Positions 1 through 11,160 of a stretch of DNA of 23,941 nt are shown in pieces. Numbering within the stretch: position 1 is the stretch's first letter; every line of letters starts with the position of its first letter. A program made the translations under genes and the position numbers. Under the pieces are notes generated by a model that searched no databases, was not told where the DNA came from, and saw only the letters and a list, made by a program, of their open reading frames with translations. This DNA is from Rhizaria sp. SCN 62-66 (taxonomy: Eukaryota): NCBI GenBank assembly GCA_001724265.1, contig MEDY01000086.1, positions 62,001 through 85,941 on the forward strand, read 5' to 3'.

Positions 1-1
1 T

Positions 2-3000
2 GACGAGCGCGACCTCATGCGCCGCATCATCATCGCGCTCGAACACACAGGCGTTCCGCCCGTCATTACTGCACACGGCGACGTCGTTGCAGGCCGCGTC
101 TTCGGCCACGCGGATCTTGGTCAGGCCGCCTACCTGGCGGAAAGTCAAGCCACGTCTATGAATGCGAACACTTACGCCGCCTCTGTGTCCGCGAACGTTG
201 CTGCGATGTTCAACCGAGGCGGTCTGGTCAAGCTAGCGGCGCCGTTCGCCACAGAGCCCCCGGCGGCTGCGGCGGGCTCTGCGAAGCGGGGAGCCGCGCT
301 TGCCGCGGCTGCTACTGCGGAGGCCGAGGCTGAGGCCGAAGCCGAGGCTGCCGCCGCTGCTGCTGATGCTGCGAACGAGGCTGACTACGATGACGACAAC
401 AATAATGATAGCGATGAGAGTGGTGCTTACTACAACGCGAGTAACGGCCATAGCAGCGCCGGCGACGGGAGCGATGGCGAGTATTACTACAACAGCCACG
501 GCCGTCACACCGGCACGGCCACTGCGTTGGGCTCACTCACCATTGATTGTGGCGATGACGATCAGCACAACAGCGGTTTTAACTCTGCTAGTGACAACGA
601 CAATAGTAACAGCGCCTACGTCAGTGACAGCGACGCCGGTATTGCACCGGATGCTCGCAAAGTTAAGCCGCCGCGTGGCGCTCGTCCGTCACTCCAACAG
701 GGTGGCCGAGCCTCCCACAGTCGCAGCTCGAGCTTGAGCTCTGACGTTCACAGCAATCACCACGACGGCGACACTAGTTTCTCCGGGAACGGTGACCACA
801 ACGACGTCTATCTTTCCCCGCAGCAACAATACCAACGTCAACTCTTCAGTAACAACGCTCGTAGCAGTCACACTCAGAACCAGACTCAAACCCATAGCCA
901 GAGCACCAGTCAGTCTCAGGCGCCGACTCAGGGTCAGACCCAGACTGGGCCCACGTGGCACCTGCTGCCGCCGCACGTCGCCGGCGAGTTGGCCCTGCTC
1001 CGCGCGTACGTGCGCCTGTTATCGCACTCGCATGAGTTGCACCACCTGCAGGACGAGCTGGCCACCGCCGGGACCGGTGCGGACGCCTCGGTGTCGTACT
1101 TCGGTGACGTGTCGCTGCATGCGTTCAAGCTCGTCGTCTCCTATAGCACGGGCAATGCGAAGCTGCTGGAGTCGTTTCTCCCGCAGGCCTTCACGCCCGC
1201 CGCGGCGAACACCGCGCCCGCCAACACTCGCGCGAGCAGTAGCACGAGTGCGAGTGCAGTACAGGCGCAAGCGCAGTCGCAACATCAACAAACCGCAGCA
1301 ACAGCAGCAGCAGCAGCAGCAGCAGCTGATGATGACGGCGTTATGAACAGCAAGACCGCGTCTCTGTACAACTTCGAGGTCGCGCCGCGGTCCGCGCTGT
1401 CATTCCTGCGCACCACCACGAGCACCGCGCTGGCGCCCTACGCCGCCGCCGCGCTGCGCGCCGCCACCTCGGCGCTGCTCAACATTAACTCGGCCGCGCT
1501 CACGGTTGCGCCGTTGCGCGTGCGCCACAGCCTCGCCGCGTCGCAGGCATTTCAGGCCCAGGTCGCGCGCCACTACGGCATCGCGCTCGCGGCGAACTTA
1601 CATCGGATTCTCGGCGCTGCGGAAGTCTTCGGCAATCTGGGCGGACTCACTGACGCGCTCATCAACGCATTCATGGACTATTTCTCGGAACCCGTCATCG
1701 CGGTCTCGGACTCGGCACGCGCGGCGCCGACTACCCTCGCCGTCCCGCTCGCAGTCGCGCGCGGCTTGACTTCCGGTCTCGCCCACGGCCACCGCGCGCT
1801 GGTGCAGCACATCGTCTTCGGGGTCGCCAACACCATCGCGCGCACGACGACGTCCCTGGCCAAGGGCACTGCGGCGCTGACCGCCGCGCTGGGCGTGTAC
1901 TGTGAGCCCGACCCGGCCGAGCTCGAGGAGGCCGCGGCGCGCGGGCTCACGGTCGCGAACAACGCGGCCGGCGCTGCGGCGGCTCCTATGGGCGAGGCGG
2001 GGGCCGAGGGGTGGTGGTACCAGTCGGTCGGCGCGGGACAGGGCGTGGCGCTTGCCGTGGCGCCGTGGCTGCTGCGGGCTCTGGTGCCGGTGGCATATGT
2101 CCTCGCACCAGACACTGACGACGACAACACTTCGAATCCTGCCGGCAGCATTGCCAACACGGACCTGATTGGTAACAATGCCGCTGCACAGTTAGAACAG
2201 CAGCAGCAGCAGCAGCAAGGTGATAGTAACAGTGTTCCTGTCGCTGCTCGTAATAGCAGTGAGAGCACGACGAAGGGGATTCTGTATCGCATCGGTCTGC
2301 TGTTGCGTACGTTCATCAATGAACACAGCAACAACACCACCAACACGAATATTGCGCACTCGAATGCTTCTTCTGTTGCCCCGAATTCCGCCAACAATGC
2401 TTTGACTACTACAGCTCTCGTCAACAACCCTTACACGGTTGACTACCCCACTTACCCGGGTAAGTACCCCTGGCGCGGCCTACGCTCCCACGTGCTCATG
2501 CTGCTCACTCTGCCCCCGCTCGGCGCTCTCAACACGCTCAGCCGCGCCGCCCGCGCCGTCGCCCGCTACTCTGACCCGGTCTCTCTGTCGCCTACGCACC
2601 GACCCGTGGCGCCCGTGCGGCCGCCGCGGCTACTGCACCTGGGCCAGCTGCTGCTGCCTTCGCAGTACTACCCTGGCTTTGTGCGGGACGTCGTTGCGCA
2701 GTACCTTGCGCAGAACCCCGGCCAGCGCTTTGTGACGTACGCGCTCAGCGAAGGGGTAAGCTTCGGAGCGCGGATGCTCGTGCTGATCACAACGGCAAAG
2801 CTGCTGGTGTTTACGGTTGAGCTCGAGTGTGACCCGCCGTCGACAGCCTCTGTGCGCGTCACGAACGAGGGCGGTAGCACGAGGAGCAACGCAGCGAACG
2901 TTACTGACTCGAGCGGTGGTGTCAACGGCAACGACGCGAGTTTAAATGCAGGCGGTGATAACAGTCACGCGAACTCAAGCTCTAGCGCGAATGACCCAAG

Positions 3001-4891
3001 TGCCCCCTCAGACTCCATCAAGGCTGGCTCCAGCGGCTCCGTTGGAGGGAATGGTGTGCACAACAGCGGTGGCAACGGCTTTAGCAGTTGGCGCGCTTTC
3101 CTGTTTGGCTCCACGTTCCTCTCACGCGCTAAGTACAGCAGCAGCACCAGCAGCACCAGCGGCACCAACGCCAGGGCGGCGGGCGGCGGCCAAACCAAGA
3201 GCAAGACGACCGTCGTCAAGCGCATCGCGCTCCCAACCTCTGTTGCGGCGACGACTGCGGCGCTGCTGGCCACCGTGCGTCGTATTGCGGACGCTAGCCG
3301 CAACAGCAGCGGCAACAACAGTGGCAGGCGTTACTACTCGTACAAGCAAGCCGGTGCCGCCAAGAGTGGCGCTGCCAATGTGGACGCAAATCCTGGCGGG
3401 TTTAGCCCCACTGCTGGCGCTGCTGCTTCTGCGAATACTCGTTGCAGCAGCACTGTGGTCAGCGAATGCGACGGCGGGCACTGCTGCAGTCACGACTCCG
3501 CGCTCCGGCCCATCAAGCTTGAGCAAGTTTGGTCTGCGATCATCCAGTTCAACAACAACAATAGAAACAACAACAGCACCACCAACATCACGTTTGCTAC
3601 CCGCAATCGCGCCACTCGCTCCCACGGGCCTGCCGCCGCTCTTACCGCATCAAGCGCGTCGCACCACCGCAGCTCCCGGGGCGGCACTCGCGTGGTGCTC
3701 TCCCTGGCCGGCCCCGGCGCCGGCACGGGCGCTCTGGCGCGGCTGCGCGCGCTGGTTACGGCCAACACCGTCTCCCGCGCGCGCACACACACGCACAGCG
3801 CCGACGCCGCCGCCTTCGCTTCGGCCTATGCGCGCGCCGCCGCGACTCAAGTGCTTGCGCGTATCGCCGCCTACAAAGCCGCCGCGGCCGCCAAGGCCGC
3901 GCGCGCGGCGGCGCTTGTCGAGGACACGCCGGCCGCCGCGGGGCCCGCTGCTGCCGCAGCCGCCGCGGCCGCCGCAGCCGCCTCCGCGAACGCCGAGGCC
4001 GCGGCCGCGCTGGAGCAGGCGTTCATCACGGGCGCGGCGCGCGCGGCTGCGGTGAAGCGGCGCCTGCTGGCGAGCTACTGCAACACCACGCCCACGGTCA
4101 CCGCGGTGACAATGCCGACGCTGGAGACGCTCGCGGCGGAGCTGGTGCGCAGTCACAGTCACATGCATGCGCACACCAGTGGGGGCAGCAGCCACCAGTA
4201 TCAAGACTCGCTGCTTGTCGGTGTCCCGAAACACGTTTCTGCTGCGCTCGTCTCTGCATTAACGCTGCCCGCTGCCGCGCCTGCGCCTGTGCCTGTGCCG
4301 GCCCCCGCGGCTGCCGCAGCGGCCGCCGCGCCCGCCGCCGCGGCTGCTGCCGCGGCTGCCGCAGCGTCCATCAACGGCGTCTCCGCTGCGACGGCGACTG
4401 CGGCTGCCGCTGCCGCTGCCAGCGCCGTCGTGGCCGCCGTCACCGACGCCGCATCCGCGCACGCCAGCGTGGGCGAACTGCTGTCGTCGCTGCACCACAC
4501 AGTGCGCACCAGCGGCGGTGGCGGCGTCGGCAACGGCGCGGGCGCCAGTGTGCTGCTCGCCGCCGCGCGCCGCGTTGTGCTGGTGCACGAGTTCGACCTC
4601 AAAACCATCGCGGGTTTCGCAGCCAGGCCCGCGGCGCTGCGGCTGAACCTGCGCATGGAGCCCGGATTCGTGTACAACGACAAGAAGATGAAGAAAGAGC
4701 TCATGCGGCGCGCCGAGGCTGCGGGCGTAAGCAGCCGCGTCGCGCTGAGCCACAAGATCGTGCTGCAGCCGGGCGGCGTCGTGGTCGAGAACTTTGTCGA
4801 GGTGGAGCTCGCGTGCCCGCTGCCTGCCGAGACGATCCGTGAGGTAGGCCGCTGTGTCGCCTTCATCAAGGACAACGCCGGGGTGATCTAA
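2..4891 (+). CDS. VPS13: VPS13-family lipid transfer protein, C-terminal part (5'-truncated by the window; no intron seen)
   Basis: Frame open from base 2 to TAA at 4889-4891, followed by AT-rich sequence. Segments match the VPS13 C-terminal/ATG2_C region: YFGDVSLHAFKLVVSY, LNINSAALTVAPL...VARHYGIALAANLHRILGAAEVFGNLGGL...FMDYFSEP, GLAHGHRALVQHIVFGVANTIARTTTSLAKG, RGL...LLTLPPLGALNTLSRAARAV, RPPR, then a PH-like end. Recognised from motifs by eye. Confidence 0.85.
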   Translation, partial: DERDLMRRIIIALEHTGVPPVITAHGDVVAGRVFGHADLGQAAYLAESQATSMNANTYAASVSANVAAMFNRGGLVKLAAPFATEPPAAAAGSAKRGAALAAAATAEAEAEAEAEAAAAAADAANEADYDDDNNNDSDESGAYYNASNGHSSAGDGSDGEYYYNSHGRHTGTATALGSLTIDCGDDDQHNSGFNSASDNDNSNSAYVSDSDAGIAPDARKVKPPRGARPSLQQGGRASHSRSSSLSSDVHSNHHDGDTSFSGNGDHNDVYLSPQQQYQRQLFSNNARSSHTQNQTQTHSQSTSQSQAPTQGQTQTGPTWHLLPPHVAGELALLRAYVRLLSHSHELHHLQDELATAGTGADASVSYFGDVSLHAFKLVVSYSTGNAKLLESFLPQAFTPAAANTAPANTRASSSTSASAVQAQAQSQHQQTAATAAAAAAAADDDGVMNSKTASLYNFEVAPRSALSFLRTTTSTALAPYAAAALRAATSALLNINSAALTVAPLRVRHSLAASQAFQAQVARHYGIALAANLHRILGAAEVFGNLGGLTDALINAFMDYFSEPVIAVSDSARAAPTTLAVPLAVARGLTSGLAHGHRALVQHIVFGVANTIARTTTSLAKGTAALTAALGVYCEPDPAELEEAAARGLTVANNAAGAAAAPMGEAGAEGWWYQSVGAGQGVALAVAPWLLRALVPVAYVLAPDTDDDNTSNPAGSIANTDLIGNNAAAQLEQQQQQQQGDSNSVPVAARNSSESTTKGILYRIGLLLRTFINEHSNNTTNTNIAHSNASSVAPNSANNALTTTALVNNPYTVDYPTYPGKYPWRGLRSHVLMLLTLPPLGALNTLSRAARAVARYSDPVSLSPTHRPVAPVRPPRLLHLGQLLLPSQYYPGFVRDVVAQYLAQNPGQRFVTYALSEGVSFGARMLVLITTAKLLVFTVELECDPPSTASVRVTNEGGSTRSNAANVTDSSGGVNGNDASLNAGGDNSHANSSSSANDPSAPSDSIKAGSSGSVGGNGVHNSGGNGFSSWRAFLFGSTFLSRAKYSSSTSSTSGTNARAAGGGQTKSKTTVVKRIALPTSVAATTAALLATVRRIADASRNSSGNNSGRRYYSYKQAGAAKSGAANVDANPGGFSPTAGAAASANTRCSSTVVSECDGGHCCSHDSALRPIKLEQVWSAIIQFNNNNRNNNSTTNITFATRNRATRSHGPAAALTASSASHHRSSRGGTRVVLSLAGPGAGTGALARLRALVTANTVSRARTHTHSADAAAFASAYARAAATQVLARIAAYKAAAAAKAARAAALVEDTPAAAGPAAAAAAAAAAAASANAEAAAALEQAFITGAARAAAVKRRLLASYCNTTPTVTAVTMPTLETLAAELVRSHSHMHAHTSGGSSHQYQDSLLVGVPKHVSAALVSALTLPAAAPAPVPVPAPAAAAAAAAPAAAAAAAAAAASINGVSAATATAAAAAAASAVVAAVTDAASAHASVGELLSSLHHTVRTSGGGGVGNGAGASVLLAAARRVVLVHEFDLKTIAGFAARPAALRLNLRMEPGFVYNDKKMKKELMRRAEAAGVSSRVALSHKIVLQPGGVVVENFVEVELACPLPAETIREVGRCVAFIKDNAGVI

Positions 4892-5884
4892 GATATTAAA
4901 GCAAAACCGGAGAGCTGGAAGTAGAGCTCGTCGGTTGTAAGGTTGGAGAATACGAATTTTATTATGTAGCTTTGTTAAGACTTTGGAACTCGCGTTTAAC
5001 CGCGCTCTATTAATTTTTTACTAATCATACAAACAATGTTATTTCTCGCTCAACATGCGACCCAGCTTTGAAAGGAAACGACAGGAGAATACAGGAACCG
5101 CGCAATGAAAATGCTCTGACGATTGCGAGCGCCGAGAACCGATGACCAAAATGGTGACGGTGATGAGCCGGAAAATGCTGACGGGTTCCACAATAGTTCG
5201 CGGATCCGTCGACTCGTGGGCTGGAATGAATTTCCGCAAACCGTGTTTGTTGACTTGACTGGTATGGCCCCCTGTGACTCACCATTACGGTGACACTCCC
5301 TCTAGTATTGGCTGTCACCATGATCATGACAAATTTAGGATATGTTTGCTCAATTTTATCGTTTATGGTGTTTCGGTGAATACACTCGAGTGTATTCTAA
5401 GTTTCCGTATTGCTCGATGGGACGAGACCTCTCACTATATCACTGGCGGTCAAGTCTGAATGTCGTGCGTGTTGTCATGATTGTTCTGAGTACGTTGTTA
5501 CCATTGTTATTATTGTTGTGGCTGTTGCCCGTGCATATACCTGCTGTTGACTTACAATCACACGTACCTCACAAGAACATGATCGTGATCATGAGTGCGT
5601 CGTGTAAGTAAACTAGTCTTCGTACAAAGTGTACACTCCTCTAAGTTGGTAGCTTACTCATTGTTCTTCTGATTTCGAACAATGTAAGTGAGTCCATCTC
5701 GGCTCCTGTGTGCTTGCTACTTAGATCGCCCACTCTTAAGTGCGAGATCATGGGTACTTAGACAGTAGGTACACAAACGTGTAAACCTATGACTCGGTCG
5801 AAGTACGAGAGTCACGAGCGCACTAAAAGCATGTTAGCAGTAGATTGAACGCGTATCGCGCACTTAGGTCTTGAAGTGCGCCAC

Positions 5885-6750
5885 TTAGAGCTTATAGACG
5901 ACAGAGACGCCGTCCGACAGTGGGAGCATGCACACCTCCACACGCTCGTCCTTGAAGATCTTCTCGTTGAGCGCCTTGATGGCCACCGTGGACGGACTCG
6001 ACTCGCGGCTCGTGTCGGCGCCGGCGGGCGCGTCGGGGTTCGAAGCCACGGAGCCGCCCATGAGGGTGTTGTCGACGACGACGATGCCGCCCTTGCGCAG
6101 AAGCTGCAGTGCAAGCTCGTAGTAGGCGTCATAGCCAGTCTTGTCGGCGTCCAGGAAGACGATGTCGACGGTGCCCGCGGCGCCGGCGTCAAGCAGCTGC
6201 TGCATCGACTGCGTCGCGGGCGCGACCTGGAGCTTGATCTTGTCTTCGACGCCGGCCTCGGCCCAGAAGGGCTTGCCCACCGCGGGGAACTCGCTGCTGA
6301 TGTCGAATGCGTGCACAACACCGTCAGCGGGCAGCGCGAGCGCGAAGGCAAGCGCAGTGAAGCCGGTGAAAACGCCCACCTCGACCACGGTCTTGGCGTT
6401 GGTAAGGCGCACGAGCATCTGCAGGAAGGACGCCGAGTCGAGCGGGGAGACCATGCCGGCGCAGGACGCAGAGACGTCGTTAGCGTACGTCTCGCGGTGC
6501 AGCGCGAGCAGGGCCGGGTGCGTGCGGCACGAAACCGAGATTAGGTAGTTGTGGAGATGCGGCGGGAGGCCGCGGCTAGGTGGAGATTGGAGAATAATGC
6601 GGTGAGAAAGGAATCGACATAGACGAAACAGGGTGAGATGATGTGTTCCAAATGCTGAAAGATATAGCAAGTTATACGCAGTGCAGAAGCAGTATGATAA
6701 AGAAATAATAAAGAATTAGTGTGAAAGTACCTTTTGCTGGGAATAGACAT
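5885..6750 (-). CDS. SAM-dependent O-methyltransferase, caffeoyl-CoA OMT / COMTD1-like (Methyltransf_3 type), 236 aa
   Basis: Exons 6750-6731 (MSIPSK) and 6575-5885; intron 6730-6576 GTACTT...CCTAG keeps the frame. Motifs VEVGVFTGFT, AFDIS, FLDADK, VVDNTL, MLPLSDGV. Stop TAA. Confidence 0.92.
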
Positions 6751-7477
6751 GAGTTTCACGAAGATACTCTGTGTAGACAGACAAAATGCAGAGAGATCAA
6801 AGGGGGGTCTTGACAGACGTCGATCGCTCGCGTGCCACAGGCCACTGTCTCGGACTTTGAGTTGTGCTGGAATTCACGCAATAGAACGCGATGTTGGTCA
6901 AATATAAGCTTGTCCACTGTTATTTTGAGTTATGGTGTATTGTGTCGATGTTCTATATCTTGCTTTGGAACAAAGTATGGGCTAGATCTGCCAAGATATT
7001 GGTATATGACATTGGGTTTTGATAAGATATGACGCGGATATCATCAGTTTAAACCTAAATAAGAATCTGATTTGGTTACATCTTAACGATTGGCGTAAGA
7101 AATCAAAAATTCAAACTAATATAACCAAGATAAAATGTAGTTTGAAGCGTGACTAGAGTCTGACCACGAACGGAAATGAGCTCAACGGCTAGAGCAGTCC
7201 AGAGAGACTACAACCCTCACTTTGCACTGCGTCTACGCCATCAATATATCGTCATTATGGAATTTTACAGCAAAAACCTCGTATTAATTTGTGTTTTTAA
7301 TCTTATATTTCTATTAAACTTTCACCGCTGACATTTACATCTCTAATAACGACAACCGAAGTCGTTACTCTTTTCAAACACAAATCTCTTCCTCGCGCCC
7401 CTGTGCCTCCCTCGCAGCCCCTCGTAGTCTTCCTCCGCAAGTGCATCCGCGGGCTCGCGACTGCTTCCTGTGGCAAG
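6751..7477. promoter_or_regulatory. Putative bidirectional promoter region (O-methyltransferase / kinesin)
   Basis: AT-rich ~730-bp gap between divergent start codons; contains a reverse CCAAT (CGATTGGCG, 7087-7095). Confidence 0.55.
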
Positions 7478-10400
7478 ATGTCATCTTCGTCCGCGATCAG
7501 CTCCGGCGTGCGCGTGCTGGTCCGCATCCGCCCTCTGCTGCCCTCGCTCTCCGAGACCGGCCGGCCTGTGAGCCACCTGCAGCCAGATGCCGGCGACGGC
7601 CGCTCGGTCTCGCTCCAGCTCAACAACACGTTGCACCAGTACACCTTCGACTCGGTCATGCCGCCCGCGGCGACCCAGAGTGACGTCTTCTACTCCGGCG
7701 GCATTGACTCGATGCTCGACTGTGTCGCCGCTGGTTACAGCGCGACCATATTCGCCTATGGCCAGACCGGAAGCGGCAAAACGCACACCATGGACGGTGT
7801 CGGCGCCTCCACGGGCTCAAACAGTGGCAGCGGTGGCGGCGTTGGTGGCGCAACTGCTGCAGCCAATCAAGGAGGTAATCACGGCGTGTCAGAGGCAAGT
7901 GGTGTAACGATCCGCTCGATCTACGCTTTGTACGATAAACTCGCATCGGATCCCAACAATATCCTGGGCAACAACAGTAATAATCCGAGCAGTGGTCAGG
8001 ATCCTCAGCAGCAGCCGCAGTACGGTGTCTCTGTGACGTGCTCTTTTGTTCAGATCTATCAAGAACATGTGTACGATCTCCTCTCAACATCTCTTTCCAT
8101 CTCGTCCTCCTCCTCGTCCTCGTCCTCGGCGAACACGATGGGGGAGGCGGGCGGCCCCAACAGCAACGGCAGTCTCAAGGTCCGATGGGCTCAGGGCCGC
8201 GACTTTTACGTCGACGGCTTAACTTCAAGCACCTGTTCGACGCCGCAACAGGCGATCGCATGCTTTCTCGCTGGGACGAAGCGGCGTGTTGTGGCGCAGC
8301 ATCGGCTGAACACGGAGTCGTCGCGCTCGCACTCGCTTTTTACGCTCACAGTAACGAAGACGCCGGTTAACGGCAACGGCAACGGCAACAGTAACACTGC
8401 TGCTGCTGCCGTGATTGCACCAGGGTCCGTTGCGCGACATCTGACACTGCAACTTCGGCAATATATATCATCGAAAAAATTTTGCGCGTTAAAAGTGTTG
8501 TATCTTGGGCTCGATTTTTTGTTATTTCAATCAGCCGCGATATAATCAATCATGGTCTAAACTATATCCTCGCGTGTTATCATTTAACACGATAGCCTAA
8601 CCTCACTTACGATCCTCCTCCGACTTGCTTTGTTGTTTGCCCTTTTCAACTCTAAACTCCCCTCAGCGCCGTTGTCTCAAAGCTGACCCTGGTTGACCTT
8701 GCCGGCTCCGAGCGCAACGCCCAGACCGGTGCCACGGGCAAGCTGCTCAGCCAGGCCATCGGCATCAACCGGTCACTCTTCGTGCTGCGCAAAGTCATCA
8801 AGGCTCTCGCCACGGGCGGCAGCAGCAACACCAGCAGTAAGAGTGCGAGCGCGAACAGCGCCGTGCACGTGCCGTACCGTGACTCGACGCTGACTCGCTT
8901 GTTGCAACACTCCCTAGGCGGCAACTGTTTGACCCTCATGATCGCCTGTCTGGCCCCCTTAGACGCGTATCAGGAGGAGAATCTAAGTACCCTGAACTAC
9001 GCCGCGCTGACGACGAAGATCGTCAACAGGGCCACGGTTGGCGAGGACCCGCGGGCGGCGCTTATTCGCCAGCTCCGCGCTGAAAACCAGGTACGCGTGA
9101 CCTAGCGAACCATCGCATAACTCAAAACACTAGAACAGAGAGTGAACTGCATCTATCAAGCCTATAGTCAGTAATCTATTACTGACTCTATTCTGAACAA
9201 ATCATAACCATAGCATATATTTCAAATGAGTTTTTGCTTATTCACTGCTTTTGATCAAAATAATCTCACGTTTTATTCTGTGAATCTTTGTTTTTTGTTT
9301 TGTTTGTCTTCATAGACGTTGAAAGACACTCTGGCCCGAGCCAAGAGGCTCTTCATCATGGCTGGCTTAGTCAATACGGCCCCCGGTGCGGCGTCATCCT
9401 TATCGTCGCAGAATGTAAGCACCTCGGGTCCGAACGTAAGTGCCCTTCTGGGCTCAGTCTCCTGGGGCGACATCGAGACGGGCGCGTGGACGGGGGCTTC
9501 GACTCTGGCGAACCAAAGTCAGGCCGCGCTCCAACTGCAGCAGCAGCAGCAAAGCCAAGCCGCCTCGGGCCCTCACAGCGGCAATCCGAGCAGCGCTAAC
9601 TCTGCCGCTGCCGCCGCTGCTGCCGGCGGCGGTCTGAGTGGACGCGACTCGTTGCTGCTGCAACAGAGGCTGGTGGCGACTGTGGGCATGGCCCAGGCTC
9701 TGATGTCCGAGAACACAGAGCTGCGGGACAGGCTGGCGCAGGCGGAGGCCGAAGCGGAGGCTGTGGGCGACGATAACGCTGAGCTGCAGTATGAAAACAG
9801 CGACTTGCGCGAGAAAATCGACTTCCTTGAAGCTGTTTTGCTCGAAGGCAACAGCAACAACAACAACAATGGTAACACCACTGATGGCAGTCCTAGCACT
9901 CTTGACAGCGTCCTCAGTGCCCTTACTCTCTCGAACAGCAACGGCGGCAATAGCGCCAACGCTCATGCGAACGCGCACTCGAGAGCTGCTGCGATCGCGC
10001 TCACCAACAACAACAACAATGACCCGACTGCTGCTGGTATTCCCAGCGACGCGGCTGCCGCCGCCGCCGCCGCCGCCCGCGCCGAAGCGGCCGCGCTGCG
10101 CGACCTCGTGCTGCAGTCGCGCTTTGAAGCGCAGCGTGAGCACAAGCGGGCAGCTCAGCTTGCGGCTCAGCTCGCTAAGCTGCTCCAACAACAGGGCGGG
10201 GGCACAGGTACCCCCATGGGTTCTGGCGGCTCCGGCGGGGGCGGTCTGCGCAAGAGCGGCACAGGCTCCAGGGCTCAGTCTAACACTGGCTACGGCTCTG
10301 GATCCGGCGGTGGCGCTGGCGCGGGAGGCTTTGACCCGAGCCGGCTGGGCATGTCCGTGACCCGCCGCGGTGGCGCGCCCGTGGCGGCCACCGCAGGCAC

Positions 10401-10873
10401 CTACGCCGCTGTGGCCGGCGGCAAAAGCAGTCTCGGCGGTGGCGGCGGCGGCGGTGGCGGTGGCAAGATGAGTGTGAAGCAGCATAAGAAGCTTGTGAAG
10501 CAGCAAAGCAAGGCTGGGAGTGGCGGAAACAGGCGCGTCGTCGTCGCGCACACGGGCGAGAGCGCTGGCAGCTACAACAACAACAAAGCGCGGATCACGG
10601 GTGTCACGGGTTCTGGGACTGGGAGCGGCGGTACTAACAACAACAAGGCTAATATGCGTGACAATAGCGTCGGCTACGGCGATATCAACCCGTTCGCGAG
10701 CCAGCAGGCGTGGCAGGAGCAGCAGCAGCAACACCAGTATCAACCGCAGTCTCAACAACAGCAGCCGCCGCCGCAGCAGCAGCAATTTCAGGGACAGCAA
10801 CAGCAGCAGCAGCAGTATGCGGCATGGGTGTAGCAGCAGCGCCAGCTTGCCTGGGCTCAATACGAGCAGCAGA

Positions 10874-10918
<45 letters not shown>

Positions 10919-11160
10919 TGCAACAGGGCTCTCGTATTCCTATCATTCGGCATGATAACAGCAACTATGCGGGGCAGCGGCAGCATCAGCAGATGCAGCC
11001 GCAGCAACAGCCTTCGCAACAACTGCAACAGCAACAGCAGCAGCAGCAGCAACAACAGCAGTATTATCATCATCACCAGCAACAACAGCATCAACAGCAG
11101 AACGCAAATCAACTGCAGCAGATGTACTATCAGCAACAGCAGCAGCAGCCACGGCAATGA
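7478..11160 (+). CDS. Kinesin motor protein (KIF12/kinesin-16-like) with coiled coil and Gly/Gln-rich tail; 962 aa if TAG 10831-10833 is a stop, 1071 aa if read to TGA 11158-11160
   Basis: Exons 7478-8424, 8667-9090, 9316-11160. Motifs VRVLVRIRP, AYGQTGSGKT (P-loop), NTESSRSH (switch I), LVDLAGSER (switch II), HVPYRDSTLTRLLQHSLGGN. LKVRWAQGRDFYVDGL resembles KIF12-type motors; the subfamily call is less certain than the family call. Confidence 0.93.
10876..10917 (+). repeat. (CAG)14 perfect trinucleotide repeat, poly-Gln in the kinesin frame, downstream of the internal TAG
   Basis: Read directly from the sequence. Confidence 0.95.

Noticed and set aside
5160-5181. Box C/D snoRNA from GTGATGA...CTGA
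   Set aside because: The boxes are only about 11 nt apart, with no suitably spaced D box or terminal stem.
6576-6670. N-terminal extension MLYLSAFG... of the OMT ORF in the track
   Set aside because: Lies in an AT-rich GT-AG intron; the real first exon is 6750-6731.
8425-8545. Kinesin ORF ending at 8545
   Set aside because: Read-through into intron 1; splicing restores the LVDLAGSER motif.
10828-10833. GTGTAG as a GT-AG micro-intron removing the kinesin TAG
   Set aside because: Six nucleotides is far too short for spliceosomal removal, and it lacks the local donor consensus.
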